64,000 nucleotides of DNA from an uncultured virus (IMG/VR IMGVR_UViG_3300006789_000016) (Duplodnaviria; Heunggongvirae; Uroviricota; Caudoviricetes). The notes under the pieces are model-generated. The model did not search any database and had not been told where the DNA came from. It worked only from the letters and a program-made list of their open reading frames with translations. Positions 35,946 to 45,809 of this stretch are shown piece after piece. The stretch lies in the IMG/VR virus record IMGVR_UViG_3300006789_000016, positions 1 to 64,000 of that record; one strand, 5' to 3'. Positions within the stretch are counted from its first letter, which is position 1. Each line of letters begins with the position of its first letter. A program made the translations under genes and the position numbers.

Positions 35946-36415
35946 GAATTGCACAATTGCCACATGCAAGTGGCCTCAAGTTTCCCGAGAGAGGAGACGA
36001 ATACGCAGCTGGCTTAGATTTAAGAGCTGCACATCCAAACAAAACAGAAGTTCCTCAAGATCAAACAGACACATTAGTCTGGACTCTTAAACCAGGAGAA
36101 CGAAGACTTATTTCTACTGGTTTAATTGTAGAAGTACCTGCTGGAAACTATGGAAGAATTGCGCCGCGCTCTGGCCTCGCCCTCAAACAAGGCATTGACG
36201 TTATGGCCGGCGTTGTGGACTCTAGTTATCGAGGCGAGGTAGGCGTCGTCCTGGTTAATCTAGGACAAGATGAAGTAACGCTTAAGCATGGCGACCGCAT
36301 CGCACAATTAATTGTTACTCCTTATAGGAATGTGTCTATACAACCAGCAGAAATAAAAGCCCTAACTAAAACAAGTAGACAAGATGGCGGCTTTGGTTCT
36401 ACTGGCGTACAGTGA
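35942..36415 (+). CDS. dut: Trimeric dUTPase
   Basis: AAGLDL, PRSGLA, GVVDSSYRGE, GDRIAQL, RQDGGFGSTG. Confidence 0.96.
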   Translation: MRIAQLPHASGLKFPERGDEYAAGLDLRAAHPNKTEVPQDQTDTLVWTLKPGERRLISTGLIVEVPAGNYGRIAPRSGLALKQGIDVMAGVVDSSYRGEVGVVLVNLGQDEVTLKHGDRIAQLIVTPYRNVSIQPAEIKALTKTSRQDGGFGSTGVQ

Positions 36416-36996
36416 TAATTGCAATCGTATTGATGGCGCTTGGACTCTCAATCCTAGGCTACCTACTCTTTCATGCTCAACGGTCAAACAATAAAGCAGA
36501 ACACATTATAAATAGTTATAAAAAACAGTTTGATATAAAGTCTCAAAATATTCAGCATCTGCTGAATGAAAATGAGACTTTGAATAACCATATATCTATT
36601 ATTAAGAATGTTCTTGCCAATATTGAAAAAGAAAAGACTGATTGGAAAAAACAAGAAGAGCACAAGATAAGAGCAGATGCACTAAAGAAGTCCAAGTCCA
36701 TCTTACGAGGGCAAGCTGTAGAACACCTAGCCCCTTTCCTTACTTCACATGACTTTAATCCAAAAGATATGCGATTTCTTGGTGACCCAGTAGATTATAT
36801 TATTTATGATGGCATGTCTGACCTCAAAGCTGGCAATAGAAATGATATAGAAAAGATTGTTTTTATGGATATTAAAACAGGCCAGTCCTCTTTGAATAAA
36901 ACACAAAGAAGAATTAGAGATGCTGTCAAGGCAGGCAAGGTAGAATTTATTACAGAAAGAATAGAAACGAAAAAATCAGGAGACAATAATGACTGA
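36412..36996 (+). CDS. Membrane-anchored coiled-coil PD-(D/E)XK endonuclease (Holliday-junction-resolvase-like family)
   Basis: N-terminal TM helix, coiled coil, then GQAVEHLAPF...RFLGDPVDYIIYDG...FMDIKTG..L...QRRIRD. Confidence 0.75.
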   Translation: MIIAIVLMALGLSILGYLLFHAQRSNNKAEHIINSYKKQFDIKSQNIQHLLNENETLNNHISIIKNVLANIEKEKTDWKKQEEHKIRADALKKSKSILRGQAVEHLAPFLTSHDFNPKDMRFLGDPVDYIIYDGMSDLKAGNRNDIEKIVFMDIKTGQSSLNKTQRRIRDAVKAGKVEFITERIETKKSGDNND

Positions 36997-37552
36997 CCTT
37001 CCAAAACCAAAAGCACGACGACTTTATTTAACTAAACAAATAGACCAATCTTCAATAGCTCCATTAATTCAAAGTATTCTTGATATAAATGCTAATGATA
37101 AACATCTAATCAAGTTATATAAAATATATGGTCTTGATTACACACCCCAACCAATAGAACTCTATATAGATTCTTATGGTGGTACAGTCTATCAAGCCTT
37201 TGGTCTTATTAGTGTCATGGAACAGTCAAAAGTTCCTGTTCATACTATTGTCACAGGTGTCGCTATGTCTGGAGGGTTCATGATACTTATTCATGGGCAT
37301 AAGAGATTTGCATACAAACACTCTACCCCCATGTACCATCAAGTCTCTACAGCAAAATGGGGAACCATTAAAGAGATTGAAGAAAGTCTCGAGCAAAGCC
37401 AAAAGCTACAAAAACAAATGGAAGCTATGGTTAAAGCTAAAACCAAAATCCCCAAAGCTAAACTCAAAAAGATTTTTGAGAATAAGGCTGATTGGTATAT
37501 GACTTCTAAAGAAGCTCTTGAGTACAAAGTCATTGATGAGATCATTAAATGA
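36989..37552 (+). CDS. clpP: ClpP-family protease 1
   Basis: LYIDSYGG, GVAMSGG (Ser), PMYHQ (His), DWYMTSKEALEYKVIDEII (Asp). Confidence 0.85.
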   Translation: MTDLPKPKARRLYLTKQIDQSSIAPLIQSILDINANDKHLIKLYKIYGLDYTPQPIELYIDSYGGTVYQAFGLISVMEQSKVPVHTIVTGVAMSGGFMILIHGHKRFAYKHSTPMYHQVSTAKWGTIKEIEESLEQSQKLQKQMEAMVKAKTKIPKAKLKKIFENKADWYMTSKEALEYKVIDEIIK

Positions 37553-37851
37553 TAAATGAAAACAAAACAGCTTTTACTATTGGTCACGAAAAGAATTACG
37601 ATGAAGTTCTTGAAAGAGAACCGACTGTTCAAAAAGTTGGAAGATATTTGGGCTACCCCGGAGGGTGGGTTTGGGAAAAGGCTGAAGATGCAAAAAGTTT
37701 TATAGACCAATCTTCTTTTTCATTCAGAGCTGCAGTTTATGAATTACGTCTTAGAAATGGAGTTGACGCAGACTTTTCAGCTGTACCAGGGGAAGACGGT
37801 GTATATAACTTACTCCATGATGCTGAAATAATTAAAAAAATAGAACTATGA
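37549..37851 (+). CDS. Hypothetical protein
   Basis: Start overlaps the upstream stop codon. Confidence 0.5.
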   Translation: MINENKTAFTIGHEKNYDEVLEREPTVQKVGRYLGYPGGWVWEKAEDAKSFIDQSSFSFRAAVYELRLRNGVDADFSAVPGEDGVYNLLHDAEIIKKIEL

Positions 37852-38225
37852 AAAAAGAATTAGAGCAACAACTGCTTAGTGATTATCCTGATCTATTCTT
37901 TACTTTTGAAAATAGTCTTATCCTTAGCTATGGATTTAATTGTCAAGATGGTTGGTTCGATATTATCGACACTCTTTGTAAAAATATACAACATAGAGTC
38001 AAGTGGGTTAAGCCACCTATAAATCAACCCAAAGTTGTTCAAGTCAAAGAAAAATTTGGTGGTCTTCACTTTTATCTTGATGTCTGTTTAGACGAAGAAA
38101 TAAGAGGAATGATTGGATTTGCTGAAAGCTTTAGCCTCAAAATCTGTGAAAAGTGTGGCTCACCAGGTAAACGACGTCAAGGCGGATGGATTAAAACACT
38201 TTGCGACAAATGCCATAAAGTATAA
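37848..38225 (+). CDS. Phage-type hypothetical protein with C-terminal zinc finger
   Basis: GWFDII...QVKEKFGGLHFY...CEKCG...WIKTLCDKC, a pattern recalled from phage proteins. Confidence 0.6.
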   Translation: MKKELEQQLLSDYPDLFFTFENSLILSYGFNCQDGWFDIIDTLCKNIQHRVKWVKPPINQPKVVQVKEKFGGLHFYLDVCLDEEIRGMIGFAESFSLKICEKCGSPGKRRQGGWIKTLCDKCHKV

Positions 38226-38240
38226 AGGGAAATTAGAATA

Positions 38241-38456
38241 ATGAATACATATGTAACATATTTCGAAAGCGAATCAGGCGATAATTACTTGGTTCAATAC
38301 AAACGCGAAACACTCCCCGAGTCACCACAAGAATGGCTTAGCGTAATCCAAGAAACTTTAGATGATGAATATTTTGTTGCCGAACAAGATGATTTTTCAG
38401 GCCCCGGAATTATGGGCACTTGGGTTTACCCACAAGAAACAATTGAGATAGTTTAA
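38241..38456 (+). CDS. Hypothetical acidic protein
   Basis: TAATG coupling to the next gene. Confidence 0.45.
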   Translation: MNTYVTYFESESGDNYLVQYKRETLPESPQEWLSVIQETLDDEYFVAEQDDFSGPGIMGTWVYPQETIEIV

Positions 38457-39484
38457 TGAGCACTCTATGGAGAGATCCTCTCTTCACATATGATGATCTT
38501 TTACTTATTCCACAACATTCTTGTCTTTCAACCAGGAAAGAGGCCATAACTGAAACAGCTATAGGAGATACAAAACTTAATTTTCCTATGATTTCAGCTA
38601 ATATGGATACAGTCACTGGTGTAAGAATGGCTATCGCCATGTGGAAAGCAGGTGGATTAGGAATACTCCATCGTTTTTATCCTCCAGAGCAAGAGAACCG
38701 TAGACTATCCGATGTCCAACAACTAGTTGATAGGGGTGTCCCTAGAGAATATATCTACACTAGTATCGGTGTAGGTGGAAAAGAAATAGAGTGGGCCGAA
38801 AAGTTAGTAGAAGCAGGAGCAGGGGGTCTATGTTTAGATATAGCTCATGCACACTCTGAACTAACTGGATATGTTCTTAAGCAATTACAGCACCTTAGGC
38901 CACATATCACTATTATTGGAGGGAATGTAGCCACACCCGAAGGGGCTATCTTCTTGGCTCCATTGTGTGATGCAATTAAGGTCGGGATTGGACCCGGTTC
39001 TCGCTGCACAACTCGCTCAGTAACCGGACATGGCGTTCCCCAAGCATATGCCATCCATAGTATTAGACGAACACTTCCTAATAAACCAATCATTGCTGAT
39101 GGTGGACTTAAAACTTCTGGAGATATTGCAAAAGCGCTTGCTCTAGGAGCCACAGCAGTCATGAGCGGCTCTATGCTTGCTCCTTCTACAGAAGCAGAAG
39201 GAACTCACTATACAGGACAAGACGGAAGAACCTATAAGGTTTATAGAGGCATGGCCTCTAAGCAAGCAATGGAAAAGGCAGGACGACAACCACGTGCTGC
39301 CGAGGGTGTGTCTGCACCCGTGCTTGTCCGGGGAACAGTATCTGAATTAATGTCTGAATGGAAAGATGGCTTACAGAGTGCTTTGTCTTATTCTGGTTGC
39401 ATGAGCATTACAGAATTTAGAGAAGATGCAATTCTTTCTCTAATCACGCCTACAACATTAGTAGAAAATGGAGTTAGATTATGA
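38456..39484 (+). CDS. IMP dehydrogenase / GMP reductase family enzyme lacking CBS domains
   Basis: TYDDLLLIP, SANMDTVT, IKVGIGPGSRCTTR, IIADGG, YRGMAS; the flap PRAAEG resembles GMP reductase more than IMPDH. Confidence 0.88.
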   Translation: MSTLWRDPLFTYDDLLLIPQHSCLSTRKEAITETAIGDTKLNFPMISANMDTVTGVRMAIAMWKAGGLGILHRFYPPEQENRRLSDVQQLVDRGVPREYIYTSIGVGGKEIEWAEKLVEAGAGGLCLDIAHAHSELTGYVLKQLQHLRPHITIIGGNVATPEGAIFLAPLCDAIKVGIGPGSRCTTRSVTGHGVPQAYAIHSIRRTLPNKPIIADGGLKTSGDIAKALALGATAVMSGSMLAPSTEAEGTHYTGQDGRTYKVYRGMASKQAMEKAGRQPRAAEGVSAPVLVRGTVSELMSEWKDGLQSALSYSGCMSITEFREDAILSLITPTTLVENGVRL

Positions 39485-39616
39485 ATAACTACAAAAGAAA
39501 GTTTCCGCGTTTAACCTGGGAACAAAAAGAAGCTATTAAAGAATATTTTGCTGACAAAGGCGATGTCATTTCTATATTAAAAGCAATACGAAAGAAGAAG
39601 GAAACAATTCCAGCTG

Positions 39617-42600
39617 ATGAAACTAAGTAAAGCTATTACCGAGCTTAAACTCCTCCTCCCTCAATATCTAAAAGATCAAGATATTGTCAGTAGTAAATCA
39701 AAGAAGTTTGCTTGTATCAACCCACACCATAAAGACTCAACTCCAAGTGCCTCTCTCTATCCTGGAAGTGATTACACTGAAGGAAGATGTTTTGGTTGTG
39801 TAACTAACTTTGATATTTTTACTGCAGCTCATTGGTTAGAAGGAATGCCTCAAGAAGGGCCCGAATGGGTCTCTACTACTGTCTCCACACTATGTGAGAG
39901 GTATGATATACCCTTAGAGCTTGAGCCCCTTACAGACGCCCAGAAAGCCTCTAAGGCAGCACTTGCTGCATTTCAAGAAGCAGCTCGTATTCTTACCACA
40001 CATACTGTTTGGTCAAAAGATTGTGAAGAGTATATTAATAAAAACAAATGGAAGAAAGAGGTACTTTTACACAGGGGTGTGGGCTGTCTCTCTAGAGAAA
40101 TTCTAACTTTAGAAATGTCCAAAAAAGGATACAGCGCAGAGTATCTTAGAACATTAGGTTTGCTTGGTGAGCATAATTGTCCTTTCGATGGAGAGCAACT
40201 TGTATTTACTGTGTATAACCACCGTGGGCAAGCCCTTGGCTTCTCCTATCGGACATGGGATGGGAAACAAAAGTATGTTAACCCACACATGTATGGCTAT
40301 GGCACAGAGTCTTTAAAGAAAGGGGAGACACTTTATGGGTTGGATAAAGCGCGCCGGTGCACTGACCAACCACTCATTCTAGTAGAGGGATATACAGATG
40401 TCCTAACTCTTAACCATAAAGGAATCAACAATGTTGCTGCCATTTGTGGAACTGCCCTAACTAAGGAACAGATTCTCCTCTTAGAAAGTGTAGGTTTTCA
40501 TAGTATTGTTTTGGCTCTTGACTGGGATGCAGCTGGCCAGATAGGAATCAGAAGAGCAATAGACTTGCTTATGAAAGAAAGTCAAGATCTTGATATTTCT
40601 ATCATTGGAAAGACCGACAAGACTGAGGGATTAGACCCTTCTGATTTTGTACTCCAACATGGAAAGAAAGGATGGCTAGCATTACCCAATCTAAGTGCCT
40701 TCTCTTGGTTGCTTCAAGATCGTTTGACAGGCCAAACGCCAAAGAGAAAATTAGCCGAAGACATGGTGCGAATTATTGCACTTGAATCTTCTGCAATTAC
40801 AAGAGAAGAATACACTAAGGAATTGGCAAATACAACCGGGGTGTCTATCCATGCTCTTGATATTGAGGTTGGCAAACAACTCAATAAAAGAGAAAGACAA
40901 CGCAATAAGATTGAAAAAAACATAATCGAAAGAATGGCTCTGGACTTAGACAAGTTCCCTGACCATCGCATATCTATCCTTTCTGAAGCAGCTGGCAATA
41001 TTGAAAAAGTCCGTAATGATTATGAGTCTGGCAAATACTCCTCAAGAGGAGTTCTTTCTTTACTCAGAACACAAAAGATTAAAGAGGAGTCAATTGACCC
41101 CTCTGTTGGCCTTGGATTCAAAATGAATCTAATGCCCCAATTAGCTAAATGCTTTGAAGGAGGAAAGGACTGGGCGAGTGACACGCTTATGCTTTTGGGT
41201 GGAGAAGCCAATGCGGGTAAGTCCTCGCTCATGTCCAATATCGCTTTTGATATTGCGCATTCTAACAAAGATGCAACCGTTATCTACTTCTCTATTGATG
41301 ACTCTGGTCGAGACATCTTGCCTAAATTCCTATGTAATGCACATGTCTCTAACTTAGGCAGATTACCCACAAGCAAATTCGAAGAACTATCTATCGGGGC
41401 AATCATTAACCCCGGACGATGGGCCTCTATGCTTCCATCTAAAGGACACAAGGAACGCTTCTTTGACTTTAGGCAACAGGCTTATAACTTAATAGAAAAT
41501 CTTGTAAAAGAAGATAGGTTTCTAATTAAGGATGCTACTGATGGAGCTACTCTTGAATACATGGAAGCCGTTATTCGCTTTCATAGAGGAAAATACCCAA
41601 GTCGTAGAATCTTCTGCGTCTTAGACAATACTCACAACCTTCAAGACTATGGTGGCAAAGACATGAGAGAACGCTTTAGTAAAATTGCAGATACTATGAA
41701 CAATATTTGTAACAAATACAGTGTCTGCATGCTGGCCTCTGTTGAGTATAAGAAAAGAAGTGGTGGAATGCGTGGTGGGAAGTTACTTCCCAAAAATGAA
41801 GATATTGCTGAGTGTATGACAGGAGATTCTCTTGTCTTTACAACTCAAGGGCTAAAAAGAATTGATCAAATTATCCCTGGCAATATTGTTTACACCAAAG
41901 ACGAAAACAATCGAATTGTTACCAACAAGGTGTTGGCTAAACTAGACAAAGGCGTTCAGCAAGTTTATAAGGTCATGCTTAAAGGTGGACGCACTATTAA
42001 AGTTACTGGCAATCACCCATTTTTCACAGAAAAGTATAAATGGAATAAACTTTCAGAATTATCTGTAGGGGATTTTGTTGCTTTGCCTTCTGAGATTCCT
42101 CAACCAAAATCATGCTCTAATCCAATAAATAACGACATTGCTCGTTTACTTGGATACATGGCAGGTGATGGTTGCTATGCCTTAAAAAGTACTCCTCGTT
42201 TTACAAACAGAGATAAGGGCATAATCAAAGATATAAAAACAATAGTACAGGATAGGTTTAAATTAGGAGCTTCTGAAAGACTCCATAATGGTTCTCTTCA
42301 TCTTCGTTTTACTAACGGAAGACAAGGATGTAAGGTCAAAAATCCACTAACAGAATATCTAAAAACTTTGGATATCTGGGGTCAGACGGGTATGGCAAAA
42401 AATATCCCGACTGAACTTTATTCTCAAACCAATGAAGTTATTAGCCATTATATCTCTGGCTTAATTGCCACAGACGGCTCAATAGATACAAAGAAGAAAA
42501 CAATCAGATTCTTTAATAAGAGTAATTATTTAACTCAGGGTTTAATATCTCTTTTAAGTAGACTTGGTATTTATTCCACACTAAATAATGTAAAGAATGG

Positions 42601-43324
42601 TGTTAATGCTGTTTGTATTTCAGGCGATGAAGCAATTAATCTCGCTCAGCTTTTGTTTATTCCTGGTGCAAAAGGAAACAAGTGTAAGCAATTGGCTAGT
42701 CTTTCCAGACTGAATAAAAACAAACATGATCATTTGCCAATTCTGTTTACTGAGCGCCTTAAAGAAATTACAACAAAGGCAAGAATAAATATAAATGACG
42801 GAAGAGAGCTAGGGTTTCAAGTAAGAGACGGTCATAGAGTTACAAGATCTATTGGCTCTAAATTAGCAAGCTCCTTAAAGGACAAAGGATTACAAGCCAT
42901 ACTTAATGAACAGTTAAGGTGGGTGAACATTGTCAAGATTGAAAAACTGGACAAAGAACAAGTCTGGGATTTAACAATTGATGGAACTCATAACTTTATT
43001 GCCAATAATATTATTGTTCATAACACCAGGGCCTTCAATTACCGAGCTAAGTGGATTGGACACATCTATAATGATATGCACGAACGACAGGAAGATTATG
43101 ATACTTTTCATATCGACCCAATGACGAAGAAACCAATGCCTCGCATCCTTTTACTCCACTCAAAAAATAAGATTAATGGTTTTAAAGAGATTACTGTTCA
43201 CGACTTCTTTCCTCACCTTAGTACTTTCAAATGGAAAGATGAAAGTGAGGCCAAACTAGAAGCCAAGAAATATCTAGAAGACCTTAAAGAAGAGGAAGAA
43301 TATGATCAAGACGAAAATTGGTAG
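39617..43324 (+). CDS. Fused DnaG-type primase and DnaB-type helicase, containing an intein
   Basis: Zn finger CINPHH...CFGC; TOPRIM ILVEGYTDV and LALDWDAAG; Walker A GGEANAGKS; intein in the helicase C-terminal part. Confidence 0.9.
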   Translation: MKLSKAITELKLLLPQYLKDQDIVSSKSKKFACINPHHKDSTPSASLYPGSDYTEGRCFGCVTNFDIFTAAHWLEGMPQEGPEWVSTTVSTLCERYDIPLELEPLTDAQKASKAALAAFQEAARILTTHTVWSKDCEEYINKNKWKKEVLLHRGVGCLSREILTLEMSKKGYSAEYLRTLGLLGEHNCPFDGEQLVFTVYNHRGQALGFSYRTWDGKQKYVNPHMYGYGTESLKKGETLYGLDKARRCTDQPLILVEGYTDVLTLNHKGINNVAAICGTALTKEQILLLESVGFHSIVLALDWDAAGQIGIRRAIDLLMKESQDLDISIIGKTDKTEGLDPSDFVLQHGKKGWLALPNLSAFSWLLQDRLTGQTPKRKLAEDMVRIIALESSAITREEYTKELANTTGVSIHALDIEVGKQLNKRERQRNKIEKNIIERMALDLDKFPDHRISILSEAAGNIEKVRNDYESGKYSSRGVLSLLRTQKIKEESIDPSVGLGFKMNLMPQLAKCFEGGKDWASDTLMLLGGEANAGKSSLMSNIAFDIAHSNKDATVIYFSIDDSGRDILPKFLCNAHVSNLGRLPTSKFEELSIGAIINPGRWASMLPSKGHKERFFDFRQQAYNLIENLVKEDRFLIKDATDGATLEYMEAVIRFHRGKYPSRRIFCVLDNTHNLQDYGGKDMRERFSKIADTMNNICNKYSVCMLASVEYKKRSGGMRGGKLLPKNEDIAECMTGDSLVFTTQGLKRIDQIIPGNIVYTKDENNRIVTNKVLAKLDKGVQQVYKVMLKGGRTIKVTGNHPFFTEKYKWNKLSELSVGDFVALPSEIPQPKSCSNPINNDIARLLGYMAGDGCYALKSTPRFTNRDKGIIKDIKTIVQDRFKLGASERLHNGSLHLRFTNGRQGCKVKNPLTEYLKTLDIWGQTGMAKNIPTELYSQTNEVISHYISGLIATDGSIDTKKKTIRFFNKSNYLTQGLISLLSRLGIYSTLNNVKNGVNAVCISGDEAINLAQLLFIPGAKGNKCKQLASLSRLNKNKHDHLPILFTERLKEITTKARININDGRELGFQVRDGHRVTRSIGSKLASSLKDKGLQAILNEQLRWVNIVKIEKLDKEQVWDLTIDGTHNFIANNIIVHNTRAFNYRAKWIGHIYNDMHERQEDYDTFHIDPMTKKPMPRILLLHSKNKINGFKEITVHDFFPHLSTFKWKDESEAKLEAKKYLEDLKEEEEYDQDENW
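41813..43024 (+). mobile_element. Intein with LAGLIDADG homing endonuclease (404 aa)
   Basis: EDIAE|CMTGDSLV, VTGNHPFF, LLGYMAGDG, YISGLIATDG, VWDLTIDGTHNFIANNIIVHN|T. The position matches the DnaB DLRE|SG insertion site. Confidence 0.92.
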
Positions 43325-44192
43325 CATGGCCTTGGGCATCATTGTAGGTATTATCCTAGCAATAGGACTTGCCTTTGGAGTTGCACGGCGGGCTAACGCC
43401 AGAATGATTATGCTTGATGATCAACTGACAGCAGAGAAACAGCTTTCTCAAGAAGTCTTGCGTACTAAAAACAAAGAAGTCTATAATCTTGAAAAACATA
43501 TTAAAGATTTAGTAAAATCAAATGATGGTTTGAAAGAAGATATCAAAGAACTCGAGGCCAATCCTGTTGTTGTGACGCATACAGAGGTCATCATTAAAGG
43601 GGAGACAACAGAAGAAACTGTGGACCACTTTCCTGAAGAGTGGGACTATCGAAATGCAAACAATCTTCTTGTTGCTTCTCACCTCTATAATGAGGATCTT
43701 TCTTCTTTCTCTGCAACTACTTATGACTTAACAGTGAGTGTTCAAAACCTTATCGCAACGATACCAACAGGAGAATCAGTAACATACAGCACTGTTACTG
43801 TTACTTCTTCTGGTGATGATAGTAGTGTTCAGTTAGTACCAAAGTCAGTCGAAACCATTTATGAAGACCAAACACAATCTAGATGGCACTGGTGGGCGCC
43901 GCACATTGATGGCGGCATTAGTGCCACCCCCATGTCCTATGGACCAACTCTTGGTTTCTCTCCAACAGCAATAGGGAAGACTAAAGACGACAATACCATC
44001 AGGCTCTTTCATGTCAGAGGTGTTGTCACCAATGACGAAAACCTTCATGTCGGTTTTGACCCCGGCGGAATCCCTGTATTTAAACAAATAAATTTTATCC
44101 CATTAAATGACACATGGTTATGGGTAGGAGTAGACTACAATGTCAGAACTGGGGGAATTTTACCAGCAGCTGCTGTCACATCAACATTCTAG
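43302..44192 (+). CDS. Membrane-anchored coiled-coil protein with beta-rich C-terminus
   Basis: N-terminal TM helix, coiled coil, then alternating beta-strand pattern ending in Phe. Confidence 0.6.
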   Translation: MIKTKIGSMALGIIVGIILAIGLAFGVARRANARMIMLDDQLTAEKQLSQEVLRTKNKEVYNLEKHIKDLVKSNDGLKEDIKELEANPVVVTHTEVIIKGETTEETVDHFPEEWDYRNANNLLVASHLYNEDLSSFSATTYDLTVSVQNLIATIPTGESVTYSTVTVTSSGDDSSVQLVPKSVETIYEDQTQSRWHWWAPHIDGGISATPMSYGPTLGFSPTAIGKTKDDNTIRLFHVRGVVTNDENLHVGFDPGGIPVFKQINFIPLNDTWLWVGVDYNVRTGGILPAAAVTSTF

Positions 44193-44652
44193 TTCTTTGG
44201 AGTTTGATACAAACATTGAGGTCGATTTAATTCAAGCGTTGATCAGAAATGGATCAAACTACATTACAGAATCTATCATCCTAAAAAGGGGATCGATTAC
44301 TCCCCTAATAAATTATTTTCTTGTTTGGCCTGAAACTCATTTATTTCAAAACCTTTATCAAGAAGAAAGATGCTTAATTATTCCAACACCAATTTGTAAA
44401 ATTTACTCAGTAAAATCTCAAAGAGATGTGAAGTCAATATATCAAATGGGAAGGAGAACTCCTTTTTCTTTCTCTACAGGGATGACTCAAACTACTTTTA
44501 GTATGAGTATTTCTCAAGACCTAGCCAGACAACCATATATCATTGAAGTTCAAAACATTCTTTATCTCAAAACTCCTAGTAATGTTATAGATCTTTATAA
44601 AGATGATATATATAAACACATGATGACTGGAGAGACCCATGCCAATCTTTGA
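44140..44652 (+). CDS. Hypothetical protein with group-A-like tail
   Basis: Ends KDDIYKHMMTGE; start uncertain. Confidence 0.45.
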   Translation: MSELGEFYQQLLSHQHSSSLEFDTNIEVDLIQALIRNGSNYITESIILKRGSITPLINYFLVWPETHLFQNLYQEERCLIIPTPICKIYSVKSQRDVKSIYQMGRRTPFSFSTGMTQTTFSMSISQDLARQPYIIEVQNILYLKTPSNVIDLYKDDIYKHMMTGETHANL

Positions 44653-44842
44653 ATACGAATGCCAGGAATGCAAACATAAGTTTGAACAACTTGTTCTTCC
44701 TCGAGATCTGAAGAATGAAAACTTTAAAATCCAATGTCCACATGAGCACGAACACCAACTAGGCAAAGATTATGAAATCAGAAAACTTATCAGTCAACAT
44801 GCACAGCATTTGTCTTGGAGCAAGTGGAGAGCAATAGATTAA
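44639..44842 (+). CDS. FmdB-family zinc-ribbon protein
   Basis: MPIFEYECQECKHKFEQL...CP...IRKLIS. Confidence 0.8.
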   Translation: MPIFEYECQECKHKFEQLVLPRDLKNENFKIQCPHEHEHQLGKDYEIRKLISQHAQHLSWSKWRAID

Positions 44843-45543
44843 TGCTTATTCACGGGCACGACCTTGATACATTCCAAAAGTGTCCACGACTACTAAGCTT
44901 CTCTAAGAAAGATCCCCAACCCTCACCACCACAGTTTAAAGATCTTTATCTTTATATGGCTAGGTGGATGTGGGCTGCAGAAGTGCAGCATGAATGCAAA
45001 ACAACAGAGAAAAGACTTAAAGAAAAATGGGCACAGTTAGTTGTGACAGAAACTAATAAGAGAGTCAAGGCAGGCGCCACCTCCCTTAAGTCAACTCAAG
45101 AAGTAATTGCTATAGGATATCCAAGAGTAAAGGATATCTATGCTCATTATCTTAATTACAGCTTAGTCCCCATGGCAGGTACTATTCCTATAGTTTATAA
45201 ACTTAATAAAGATTATAGATTAAAGGTTTATATAGATGCTATCGGAGTGAGTACAAATGGAAAAACAAAAGTTTTGTTGTATACAGAATCCAAGCACAAC
45301 CAACACATACCCACAAGACTAAAGATTATTGCTCAGGCATTTGCAGCCAAAGAGACTTTGGGTATAAAAGAATTTGATGTATATAAGCTAACTCGTCGCG
45401 GCGACCAAACTGTTTACTCATTCAAACCTCAATCTAGACATAAACAATGGCTTTTAAATGCATGTCAACAAATAGAATCTAAAATAGATATTCCTATTCT
45501 TAATTGTCATCACAAGTGTCCTTATAAACAAAAATGCAAATAA
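44842..45543 (+). CDS. Degenerate Cas4/PD-(D/E)XK-like protein
   Basis: LDTFQKCPR, YIDAI, C-terminal CHHKCPYKQKC; the (D/E)xK motif is not evident. Confidence 0.55.
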   Translation: MLIHGHDLDTFQKCPRLLSFSKKDPQPSPPQFKDLYLYMARWMWAAEVQHECKTTEKRLKEKWAQLVVTETNKRVKAGATSLKSTQEVIAIGYPRVKDIYAHYLNYSLVPMAGTIPIVYKLNKDYRLKVYIDAIGVSTNGKTKVLLYTESKHNQHIPTRLKIIAQAFAAKETLGIKEFDVYKLTRRGDQTVYSFKPQSRHKQWLLNACQQIESKIDIPILNCHHKCPYKQKCK

Positions 45544-45809
45544 ACACCAACTTTAAAATATCCAATCCTAATCGAAAGGCTCTTCCTAAACATGCTCAAC
45601 CACTAGGGAGGGAGATTTGGCATATCTGTACAATCACTGGTGGTTTGAGAGAGTATGTTCTTCTACAAGACCGTATTAATCCGAAAGATATATGGCTAAA
45701 CGAAGTAGATGGGATTAGCAACGTTAAAGAAATAGAGGACGAGGAACTTTTTAAAGACCTATGGAAGTATTTATATGACTTGGGATTTATCACAGCAACA
45801 GCGATTTGA
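45534..45809 (+). CDS. Hypothetical protein
   Basis: Operon packing. Confidence 0.5.
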   Translation: MQINTNFKISNPNRKALPKHAQPLGREIWHICTITGGLREYVLLQDRINPKDIWLNEVDGISNVKEIEDEELFKDLWKYLYDLGFITATAI

